Below are positions 43,595 through 50,785 of a stretch of 64,000 bases of DNA, one piece after another (position 1 is the stretch's first letter; the number at the start of each line of letters is the position of its first letter). Origin of the DNA: an uncultured Bacilli bacterium. GTDB taxonomy: Bacteria > Bacillota_I > Bacilli_A > RF39 > UBA660. The stretch covers positions 3,992-67,991 of the forward strand of contig CAKPJX010000003.1 of NCBI GenBank assembly GCA_934163035.1, in the 5' to 3' direction. Below the pieces are notes generated by a model that saw only the letters and a list, made by a program, of their open reading frames with translations, was not told the DNA's origin and did no database searches. The translations under genes and the position numbers were made by a program.

Positions 43595-43780
43595 TCACAA
43601 AACTAGAATTTTAAATAATATAAGAGCAATCATTCCTGAAACTCCTAAGACAGCAGTAAATAAAATAGTAAAAATATTAATAGGAATAGTACTATTAAAA
43701 TTAACTGCAATTAAATTATATCCATAAAGAATAAAAGAACATAAAATAAATCTTTTTAAAATCATTAACATAGTTTTCAT
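43595..43780 (-). CDS. Small two-TM protein, BofA-like (pro-sigma-K processing inhibitor family)
   Basis: ORF track. 61 aa. ...IPINIFTILFTAVLGVSGMIALILF resembles the BofA motif (N.ft..v..lLGiPG..lL). It sits next to recR, as bofA does in B. subtilis. Strong RBS AGGAGG. Confidence 0.5.
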   Translation of the reverse strand: MKTMLMILKRFILCSFILYGYNLIAVNFNSTIPINIFTILFTAVLGVSGMIALILFKILVL

Positions 43781-43818
43781 AATAGCCTCCTAATGAAAAC
43801 TATGAAAAACAAAAAATA

Positions 43819-44415
43819 TTATTCTATTTCTTTACGATCCTTTAAGGCTCTCTCTAAAGTTAAGCTATCAACATACTCCATATCAACACCTATAGGAACA
43901 CCATTAGCCAATTTAGTAATAGAAATATTCATATCAGATAAAATCTTTTTAATATATAAAGCAGTCGTTTCACCTTCAATGCTAGGCTTAAATGCAAAAA
44001 TGATTTCAGAAAAGCCCTCCTTTTCAACCCTATCAACTAATTTATCAATACCTATATCTTCTGGATTAATACCGTCTAATGGAGATATAAGTCCTTCTAG
44101 AACATGATACTTTCCATTAAACATATTCTGCTTTTCAAATAAAAAAACTGTTTTTACATCTTCAACAACACACAAAATATTAGAATTTCTAGATAAGTCA
44201 CTGCATATAGAACAATATTCATTTTCAGTTAAAACATTACATTTCGCACATTTATGTATTTTGCTTTTTACATCAACCAAACTATTAGAAAAGAACTCCA
44301 CCTGATCACCATCCATACCTAAAACACAAAAAGCCAGCCTCTCAGCTGTTTTTTCTCCTATTCCAGGTAACATTTTAAAAGATTCTATTAAGTTTTTAAT
44401 ACTATCAGGATACAT
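43819..44415 (-). CDS. recR: Recombination protein RecR
   Basis: ORF track. HhH (LPGIGEKTAERLAF), C4 zinc finger (CAKCNVLTENEYCSIC) and a Toprim region. Confidence 0.95.
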   Translation of the reverse strand: MYPDSIKNLIESFKMLPGIGEKTAERLAFCVLGMDGDQVEFFSNSLVDVKSKIHKCAKCNVLTENEYCSICSDLSRNSNILCVVEDVKTVFLFEKQNMFNGKYHVLEGLISPLDGINPEDIGIDKLVDRVEKEGFSEIIFAFKPSIEGETTALYIKKILSDMNISITKLANGVPIGVDMEYVDSLTLERALKDRKEIE

Positions 44416-44423
44416 ATTAAATA

Positions 44424-44720
44424 TTAAAATAAACCTGGTATATTACCAAACTTTCCCATCTTTTTTTCAGTTGCTGCATCAACTTTAGAAAAAGCATCAT
44501 TCAAAGCAACCATAATCATATCTTCCAAAATTTCAAGATCATCGGTGCCAAGATTGTCTTTATCTTGAATTTCAACTTTTGTTACCTTTTTAGAACCAAG
44601 TACGGTAACTTTAACTAAAGAACTTTCACCAACAAATTCAGTAGCATCAAGTTCTTCTTTAACCTTTAACATATCTCTTTGTAAAGCTTGGGCTTGTTTC
44701 ATCATAGCTTGTATATTCAT
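44424..44720 (-). CDS. ybaB: Nucleoid-associated protein YbaB/EbfC (YaaK)
   Basis: ORF track. ~98 aa. MMKQAQALQ...; dnaX-ybaB-recR synteny. Confidence 0.9.
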   Translation of the reverse strand: MNIQAMMKQAQALQRDMLKVKEELDATEFVGESSLVKVTVLGSKKVTKVEIQDKDNLGTDDLEILEDMIMVALNDAFSKVDAATEKKMGKFGNIPGLF

Positions 44721-44734
44721 ATAATATCTCCTTT

Positions 44735-46438
44735 TTAATTAAATTCTACTAAATCACCAAATAATTTAACAGCTTCATTTTGTATTATATCATCATTTTC
44801 TAAATCATCAAACAATTCTTTTGGTTCTTCCATAACAGTATAGTTTTTTCCAGATCTAATTGCAGAAATATACTTACTTTTTTCTTCATTCCATACATCA
44901 TCACTAATAAAGGCCAATTTTTTATTAGAATTTGTTATTTTATTGAAAACTGCACTAATCTTGTCAATGATTTCTAAGTTTTTTTTCACAATTGAATCAT
45001 ATTCAAAACTTATTATAATATTATTAGTAGATGATGCTCTTATTTTTCCGTCAAGTAAACTACAAACCAAGTAACCTATTTTCTTATCAAATGTATAATC
45101 CTTCAACAATTCAAATTTTTGTTGATCATTTCTTAAAATGCTCTTGTCTGCTAACGCCAACGTATTATTAACTCTAACAATCATTATTTCTTCAATATTA
45201 TTAGGAATTTTTTGCTTTATGTTATTGTCTGCCAAAACTGAATCATTTTGAACCGAACCAGCAATACCTAAATTATTAATTTTTTCATGATAATCATCAA
45301 TATCTTTATCAGCTGCATTTTTTACATCAACAAGCGTGTTATTAATAACCGTTTCCTGATTAGAATTTATTTCCCGGGAAATAATTTTATCATTTTTACT
45401 AATAGAATCAACAAATCCAAGTAGCAATAATTCAAAAGAAATTCTAGGATTATTGCCTTTTTTAATATCGAACATTTTTTCGCACAACAATGAAGTTAAT
45501 GTTTCAACATCATTCAATTCATATGGACATAATGTGCCACTTATATAATAATCCACAAGCATATCTCTAAGAAAATACATAAGTTGAGAAGCTATTTCAA
45601 CAATATTCTTACCATTGGAATCAAATAAATTTATTTGTCTTAATAGTTCTGACATATTTTTTTGAAATATACACTGAGTAAATTTTTCCAGTTCTGAAAC
45701 ACCAATCATATCATTTAATTCATAAAAATCAGACAATTCTATCATTTCATTTTCATTCTTATAGGCTTTTAATTTATCAAGAATACCCAAAGCATCCCTT
45801 AGTCCACCATCAGATATTCTAGCTATTTCATTAAGAACATTATCATCTATTAAAATTTTTTCTTTTGAACAAACAAATCTTAATTTTTCAATTAAAGATA
45901 GCAAAGAAATCTTTTTAAATGAAAAACATTGGCATCTAGAAACAATAGTTTCAGGAACTTTTTGTGGATCCGTTGTAGCCAAAATAAAAATAATATGTTC
46001 AGGTGGCTCTTCAAGAATTTTCAATAAAGCATTGAAAGCTCCAATCGAAAGCATATGAACTTCATCAATAATGTAAACTTTAAATTTTAATTGAGATGGA
46101 ACAAGCATTGCATTATTTTTAAGTTCTCTTATTTCATCAACACCATTATTAGAAGCAGCATCCATTTCTATAATATCAATACAATCCCTATCCAAAGATA
46201 TAAGACAATTATCACATTTTTCACAGCAATTTCCATTAATTGGATCTAAACAATTAACAGCTCTAGCTAATATTTTAGAAACAGTAGTCTTTCCAACTCC
46301 CCTAGGGCCAAAAAACATATATGCATGACTAAAATTTTTATGCTCAATTGCATTTTTTAATGTTTTAACTATAACATCTTGTCCGACAACATCATCAAAA
46401 CTATGAGGCCTATATTTTCTATATAAAGCATGATACAT
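44735..46438 (-). CDS. dnaX: DNA polymerase III subunit gamma/tau
   Basis: ORF track. YRKYRP, Walker A GPRGVGKTT, zinc module CxxCxxC, DEVHMLS, SRCQ. Confidence 0.95.
   Translation of the reverse strand: MYHALYRKYRPHSFDDVVGQDVIVKTLKNAIEHKNFSHAYMFFGPRGVGKTTVSKILARAVNCLDPINGNCCEKCDNCLISLDRDCIDIIEMDAASNNGVDEIRELKNNAMLVPSQLKFKVYIIDEVHMLSIGAFNALLKILEEPPEHIIFILATTDPQKVPETIVSRCQCFSFKKISLLSLIEKLRFVCSKEKILIDDNVLNEIARISDGGLRDALGILDKLKAYKNENEMIELSDFYELNDMIGVSELEKFTQCIFQKNMSELLRQINLFDSNGKNIVEIASQLMYFLRDMLVDYYISGTLCPYELNDVETLTSLLCEKMFDIKKGNNPRISFELLLLGFVDSISKNDKIISREINSNQETVINNTLVDVKNAADKDIDDYHEKINNLGIAGSVQNDSVLADNNIKQKIPNNIEEIMIVRVNNTLALADKSILRNDQQKFELLKDYTFDKKIGYLVCSLLDGKIRASSTNNIIISFEYDSIVKKNLEIIDKISAVFNKITNSNKKLAFISDDVWNEEKSKYISAIRSGKNYTVMEEPKELFDDLENDDIIQNEAVKLFGDLVEFN
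45368..45383. other. Noc-binding-site-type palindrome TATTTCCCGGGAAATA inside the dnaX coding sequence
   Basis: A perfect 16-mer, with 23/24 identity to the 24-bp intergenic repeat at 47102, 47536 and 48074. It encodes ...IISREIN... in the variable linker of DnaX. Confidence 0.6.
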
Positions 46439-46495
46439 TATAAAACCTCCCTACAGACCAATTATATCACATATAAAGAAAAAAAAAGAAGACAA

Positions 46496-46945
46496 TTACA
46501 TTGTTCTTCTATCAGAAAAAAAACGTTGCATTAGACTTTTTGCTTTTAAAGGTAAAACATCATTATAAAATTCTACAGATGGATTAATTGATTCCGAATT
46601 AAATATTTTACTGATTATATCATAATTATTATCATCACTATTTTTTAGTGCTGCATAAACACGTTTAATACGGGATTGTCTAATTGCACTGGCACACATA
46701 GGACATGGTTCCAAAGTAACATACATTTCACAATCATTTAAACGCCAATTCTTTAGTTTTTTTGATGCTTTAATAATTGCTAAAATTTCAGCATGATTAA
46801 TTGAAGAATTACACTTTTCCTTAGTATTATACGCCCTTGATATTACACATCCATCTTTAACAATAACAGCACCAACAGGTACTTCACCGATAGAGCAAGC
46901 TTTCTGTGCTTGTTTCAGTGCCATATTCATATATTTAATATTCAT
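46496..46945 (-). CDS. tadA: tRNA adenosine(34) deaminase
   Basis: ORF track 46496..46954. HAEILAI and PCPMCASA zinc motifs. ATG at 46945 is 5 nt after AGGTGA. Confidence 0.9.
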   Translation of the reverse strand: MNIKYMNMALKQAQKACSIGEVPVGAVIVKDGCVISRAYNTKEKCNSSINHAEILAIIKASKKLKNWRLNDCEMYVTLEPCPMCASAIRQSRIKRVYAALKNSDDNNYDIISKIFNSESINPSVEFYNDVLPLKAKSLMQRFFSDRRTM

Positions 46946-46963
46946 AAAATTCACCTAAAATAA

Positions 46964-47038
46964 AAGTGCACATGAAAGGTTAATATTAAGGCTGCTATCT
47001 TCCGATTCTGACCTGGTTCTATCTCTCTCATTGCACGT
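46964..47038 (-). ncRNA. ffs: Signal recognition particle RNA, short 4.5S-type
   Basis: The minus strand reads ACGUGCAAUGAGAGAGAUAGAACCAGGUCAGAAUCGGAAGAUAGCAGCCUUAAUAUUAACCUUUCAUGUGCAC followed by UUUUAUUUU. The conserved domain IV (CCAGGUCAG...CGGAAG...AGCAGCC) aligns with E. coli 4.5S RNA. The 5' and 3' ends pair (GUGCA.AUGA / UCAUGUGCAC). Confidence 0.85.
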
Positions 47039-47042
47039 ATTT

Positions 47043-47071
47043 ATTCTAATACATATATTAATTTTTGTAAA
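47043..47071 (-). promoter_or_regulatory. Promoter of the SRP RNA gene
   Basis: The minus strand reads TTTACA-17 nt-TAGAAT, placing the start site about 6-7 nt downstream, at the first base of the closing helix. Confidence 0.55.
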
Positions 47072-47101
47072 CAACTTTTTTAAAATAAGTCTATTAACGC
47101 A

Positions 47102-47125
47102 AAATTATTTCCCGGGAAATAATTT
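47102..47125. other. Noc-binding-site-type palindrome 1 (AAATTATTTCCCGGGAAATAATTT)
   Basis: A perfect 24-bp palindrome. The core TATTTCCCGGGAAATA contains the B. subtilis NBS consensus ATTTCCCGGGAAAT. Confidence 0.75.
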
Positions 47126-47149
47126 AAAATATTAAGAAAGCAAATTTTC

Positions 47150-47169
47150 AATGTTCCACGTGGAACATT
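47150..47169. other. parS: parS centromere site 1 (AATGTTCCACGTGGAACATT)
   Basis: A perfect 20-bp palindrome. The core TGTTCCACGTGGAACA (47152-47167) matches the B. subtilis parS consensus TGTTNCACGTGAAACA at 15/16 positions. The one difference makes the site fully symmetric. Confidence 0.85.
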
Positions 47170-47261
47170 AGTAAAAATAGATATGTAATAGAATTAAAAT
47201 TAGCAAAACTAAAGTATTTGCTTCTTAGGTAACGTAATTTTACTATTAACACATAAACATT

Positions 47262-47283
47262 TAATGTTCCACGTGGAACATTA
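47262..47283. other. parS: parS centromere site 2 (TAATGTTCCACGTGGAACATTA)
   Basis: A perfect 22-bp palindrome with the same 16-bp core at 47265-47280. Confidence 0.85.
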
Positions 47284-47468
47284 GGTCTATATTAATGATA
47301 AATTAATTATATATCACAATTTCAATAAAAATAAGAGTCGTTATCAAGTCACTAATAAATTTCAAAGCTTAAATATTTTTTCAAAAACACCTATCATTAA
47401 AGCAAAGCAAATATTAAAATCCATATACTATAAATATAATAATAGCAAATAATATTTTTGTACTAAGC

Positions 47469-47488
47469 AATGTTCCACGTGGAACATT
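47469..47488. other. parS: parS centromere site 3 (AATGTTCCACGTGGAACATT)
   Basis: A perfect 20-bp palindrome with the same core at 47471-47486. It shares the downstream 10-mer AAAAATAGAT with site 1. Confidence 0.85.
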
Positions 47489-47535
47489 AAAAATAGATGC
47501 CTATGTTGCTAAAAAATATTAAGTTTTATTAATTC

Positions 47536-47559
47536 AAATTATTTCCCGGGAAATAATTT
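47536..47559. other. Noc-binding-site-type palindrome 2 (AAATTATTTCCCGGGAAATAATTT)
   Basis: Identical 24-bp perfect palindrome; core at 47540-47555. Confidence 0.75.
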
Positions 47560-47570
47560 ATCTTAAAATT

Positions 47571-47598
47571 TTGCAATATATTACTCTATTTTTATATT
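47571..47598 (+). promoter_or_regulatory. Promoter-like module, copy 1 (TTGCAA-16-TATATT)
   Basis: Preceded by TTAAAATT. The 15-mer TTAAAATTTTGCAAT is repeated at 47752-47766. No ORF follows. Confidence 0.3.
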
Positions 47599-47759
47599 TT
47601 ATAAATACTTACAAGTAAAATAGTTTTAATCTTTTTCACATAAAACAAATATTATATAAATAAATCTATACTATAAAACTTGTTGAATTTTCTATATTAC
47701 CTTGAAATTTAAATACCATTTTCCATTGAATACCCATAAAATGAATAAAAATTAAAATT

Positions 47760-47787
47760 TTGCAATTTTAATCAACATCTTTATAAT
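47760..47787 (+). promoter_or_regulatory. Promoter-like module, copy 2 (TTGCAA-16-TATAAT)
   Basis: Near-consensus sigma-A hexamers with an A-rich upstream tract. No SD-preceded ORF lies downstream. It points toward the 3' end of gyrA. Confidence 0.4.
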
Positions 47788-48073
47788 TAACTTATATCTA
47801 TTACTCAGCATAACACATTTTATTAAATATATATTGCTATGAAACAATATTTATATTTTCTACTATATTTTTTAAACAATTAATAATCAAAGCTAATTTT
47901 CAAATATTACCAACTTTATTAATATACTTAGCAACAAATTTAAAATCTATAATCAATATTTTACTTTATACAACTTAGCATAGATGTCTTTTAAATATCA
48001 CTTTCAATTAAAAAAGACATTTTAGTGTAATAAAAAAGCACATCAAGTGGTGCGATTGAAATTTCAATTTAAG

Positions 48074-48097
48074 AAATTATTTCCCGGGAAATAATTT
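48074..48097. other. Noc-binding-site-type palindrome 3 (AAATTATTTCCCGGGAAATAATTT)
   Basis: Identical 24-bp perfect palindrome; core at 48078-48093. A 14-bp palindrome ATTGAAATTTCAAT lies 5 nt upstream (48055-48068). Confidence 0.75.
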
Positions 48098-48223
48098 AAA
48101 CATTATAAAAGGTAAATATTGCCAATTAAAATAGTAATAAAATTTTCACAACAGAAATTTATAGCATTTTACTGAATGATCAAAAATATATCAAATTGCA
48201 TACTTTAAATAATTACTAAAACA

Positions 48224-48252
48224 AAAAAATTATTTCAAAGAAATAATTTTTT
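48224..48252 (-). terminator. Candidate gyrA terminator: AT-rich hairpin with NBS-like arms
   Basis: The minus strand reads AAAAAATTATTTC-ttt-GAAATAATTTTTT followed by TGTTTT, about 90 nt after the gyrA stop. The arms equal those of the 24-bp NBS repeat, but the CCCGGG centre is replaced by CAAAG. Confidence 0.45.
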
Positions 48253-48338
48253 ATTACCGAAAAATATTTTATCCACAAGCAAAATATTAATAAAATCTTA
48301 AACAATTATAAAGAAAGAATAGAAAAAATCATTTTCTT

Positions 48339-50774
48339 CTATTCTTCAATAGTATCATCAGAAATTTTTTCCACAACAGCAACAGTTGCAACTTTCTGGT
48401 CATCTTTTAAATTAATTAATTTTACTCCTTGCGTTGCTCTCTTCAATAATGAAATCTGTTGAATTGGCATCTTAATAACAATACCACTGTCAGTAACAAT
48501 TATTGCATCACAATCACTGTTTGCTTCTACACACATAAATGCAGTTAATAAACCATTTTTATCAGTCATGTTCAATGCTTTGACACCCTTACTACCACGA
48601 TGAGTTAAACGATATTCATCAATAGTTGTACGTTTACCATAACCATTCTCAGTAACAACTAACACCTCTTCACCAGAATTAATAACATCAGCACCAACTA
48701 CATAACTTCCATCAAGATCAATACCCTTTACACCTGAACTTCCACGACTCATAGCTCTAACTTCATTTTCATCAAACCTAACCATTCGACCGTTACTTGC
48801 ACCAATAACAATTTCATTTTTTCCACAAGTCTTTTTTACACTTATTAATTCATCATTTTCCTTTAAAACAATGGAAATTTTACCAGTTTTTCTAATATTA
48901 TCAAACTCTCTAATGGCAGTTCTCTTTACGATACCATTCTTAGTAACAAACATCAAATACTCAATACTTTCATCATTAGAATCAATATTTATTATCGAAC
49001 TAATGTTCTCCCTCTTATCTAATTGTAATAGATTAATGATAGGTAATCCCTTTGATTGTCTAGAATACTCTGGTATCTCATATCCTTTTAGTCTATAAAC
49101 CCTTCCTTTATTAGAGAAGAACAAGATATAATCATGAGTTCTCATATAAATCAAATGATCAACAAAGTCAGATTCATTAGTAGACATTCCTTTAATACCA
49201 ACTCCACCACGATTTTGAGTTTTATAAGTATCTGCCTTTAATCTCTTAATATATCCATTATTAGTAAGAGTAATTATTACATCTTCCTCAGGAATTAATG
49301 ATTCATCTTCTATATATTCAATAGCAGTCATATCAATATTTGTACGTCTCTCATCACCATATTTATCTTTAATTTCAAGTAATTCTGTTTTAATTACCTC
49401 TAAAACTCTATGATCACTAGCTAAAATAGATTTTAATTCCTCAATTGTTTTTAATAATTCATTCAAATCATTTTCTATTTTATCTCTTTCTAAACCAGTT
49501 AAACGACGTAATTTCATTTCCAAAATAGCATTAGCCTGTATTTCAGTTAAATTAAACTTAGTAGTTAAGCCTAACCTAGCCTCATCATCAGACTTAGCTG
49601 CTCTTATTAACTTGATTACCTCTTCAATATTATCTAAAGCTATTTTTAAGCCTTCCAAAATATGAACTTTCTTCTCTGCAACATCTAAGTCAAATTTAGT
49701 TCTTCTTATAATTACTTCCTTTTGAAAATCAATATATTTAGATATAATATCCTTCAATCCGAGCGTCCTAGGTACACCCTGATCTAGCATTAAAAAGATG
49801 ATACCATAAGTCGTTTGAAAAGAAGTATGCTTATATAGCTTATTTAAAACTACCTGAGCATTAGCATCCTTTTTCAAAGTAATTGTTATCTTTATGCCAT
49901 TTTTCAAATCAGAATGATAATCAGCAATACCTTCTATCGTTTTATTATGAACGAGCTCAGCAACCTTATTTTTCAACTCCAATGTGTTAACACCATAAGG
50001 TACCTCGTCAATAATAATGTGTTGTTTACCATTTACTTCTTCTATCTGAGCTTTACTTCTAATTGTAATACTGCCTCTACCAGTTTCGTAAGCTTTTCTA
50101 ATTCCACTATTTCCTAAAATAGTAGCACCAGTAGGAAAATCAGGTCCCTTAATATACTGCATCAAGCCATCAACATCAATATCAGGATTATCAATATAAG
50201 CAACACATCCATCTATAACTTCTCGTAAGTTATGAGGTGGAATATTAGTAGCCATACCAACAGCTATACCAGTAGTTCCATTAACCAAAATATTAGGAAA
50301 TCTCGAAGGCAAAACTTCAGGTTCCTTAGTTTGCTCATCAAAATTTGGAACAAAATTTACAGTATTTTTATTAATATTTCTTAATAATTCCAACGAAATT
50401 TTTGATAAACGTGATTCAGTGTAACGCATTGCTGCTGCACCATAACCTTCAATATTACCAAAATTTCCATGTCCATCTATTAACATGTAACGATATGAAA
50501 AGTCTTGTGCCATTCTAACCATAGCTTCGTATATACTAGAATCACCATGTGGATGGTAATTACCCATAACCTCTCCAACCGTTTTAGCACTCTTTTTATG
50601 AGGTTTATCAGGTGTATAACCAGATTCATACATTGAATACAAAATACGTCTGTGAACAGGCTTTAAACCGTCTCTAAGGTCAGGTAAAGCTCTTGCCACT
50701 ATAACACTCATAGAATACTCTAAAAATGAGTCACGTACCTCTTTAACTATATTATTTTGTTCTAATCTATCCAC
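48339..50774 (-). CDS. gyrA: DNA gyrase subunit A
   Basis: ORF track. AMRYTE active-site Tyr region, and a QRDR-like [20 protein letters not shown] start is 7 nt after GGAGGT. Confidence 0.97.
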   Translation of the reverse strand: MDRLEQNNIVKEVRDSFLEYSMSVIVARALPDLRDGLKPVHRRILYSMYESGYTPDKPHKKSAKTVGEVMGNYHPHGDSSIYEAMVRMAQDFSYRYMLIDGHGNFGNIEGYGAAAMRYTESRLSKISLELLRNINKNTVNFVPNFDEQTKEPEVLPSRFPNILVNGTTGIAVGMATNIPPHNLREVIDGCVAYIDNPDIDVDGLMQYIKGPDFPTGATILGNSGIRKAYETGRGSITIRSKAQIEEVNGKQHIIIDEVPYGVNTLELKNKVAELVHNKTIEGIADYHSDLKNGIKITITLKKDANAQVVLNKLYKHTSFQTTYGIIFLMLDQGVPRTLGLKDIISKYIDFQKEVIIRRTKFDLDVAEKKVHILEGLKIALDNIEEVIKLIRAAKSDDEARLGLTTKFNLTEIQANAILEMKLRRLTGLERDKIENDLNELLKTIEELKSILASDHRVLEVIKTELLEIKDKYGDERRTNIDMTAIEYIEDESLIPEEDVIITLTNNGYIKRLKADTYKTQNRGGVGIKGMSTNESDFVDHLIYMRTHDYILFFSNKGRVYRLKGYEIPEYSRQSKGLPIINLLQLDKRENISSIINIDSNDESIEYLMFVTKNGIVKRTAIREFDNIRKTGKISIVLKENDELISVKKTCGKNEIVIGASNGRMVRFDENEVRAMSRGSSGVKGIDLDGSYVVGADVINSGEEVLVVTENGYGKRTTIDEYRLTHRGSKGVKALNMTDKNGLLTAFMCVEANSDCDAIIVTDSGIVIKMPIQQISLLKRATQGVKLINLKDDQKVATVAVVEKISDDTIEE

Positions 50775-50785
50775 AATGTTACCTC

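Noticed and set aside
45340-45400. The NBS hairpin in dnaX as the stimulatory structure of a programmed ribosomal frameshift producing gamma.
   Set aside because: No X XXY YYZ slippery heptamer lies at the right distance upstream (the sequence is GAT AAA ATT ATT). No long A-run for transcriptional slippage is present immediately upstream.
47150-47488. The CACGTG palindrome as a LexA (GAAC-N4-GTTC), TnrA/GlnR (TGTNA-N7-TNACA) or inverted DnaA-box site.
   Set aside because: The half-site orientation and spacing are wrong for LexA (GTTC-N6-GAAC here), and the length is wrong for TnrA. It shares only 7/9 with the local DnaA box TTTTCCACA, whereas it matches parS at 15/16.
47102-48097. Repeated 20-24 bp palindromes as a CRISPR array.
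   Set aside because: There are two different repeat sequences. Spacing is irregular (about 25 to 515 bp), the repeats are perfect palindromes with no conserved repeat-spacer periodicity, and no cas genes are present in the window.
47102-48097. Palindromes as MITEs, REP elements or remnants of an IS.
   Set aside because: There are no flanking inverted repeats beyond the palindromes, no target-site duplications and no transposase. Both cores coincide exactly with known ParB-family binding sites, which explains them better. A genome-wide count is still needed.
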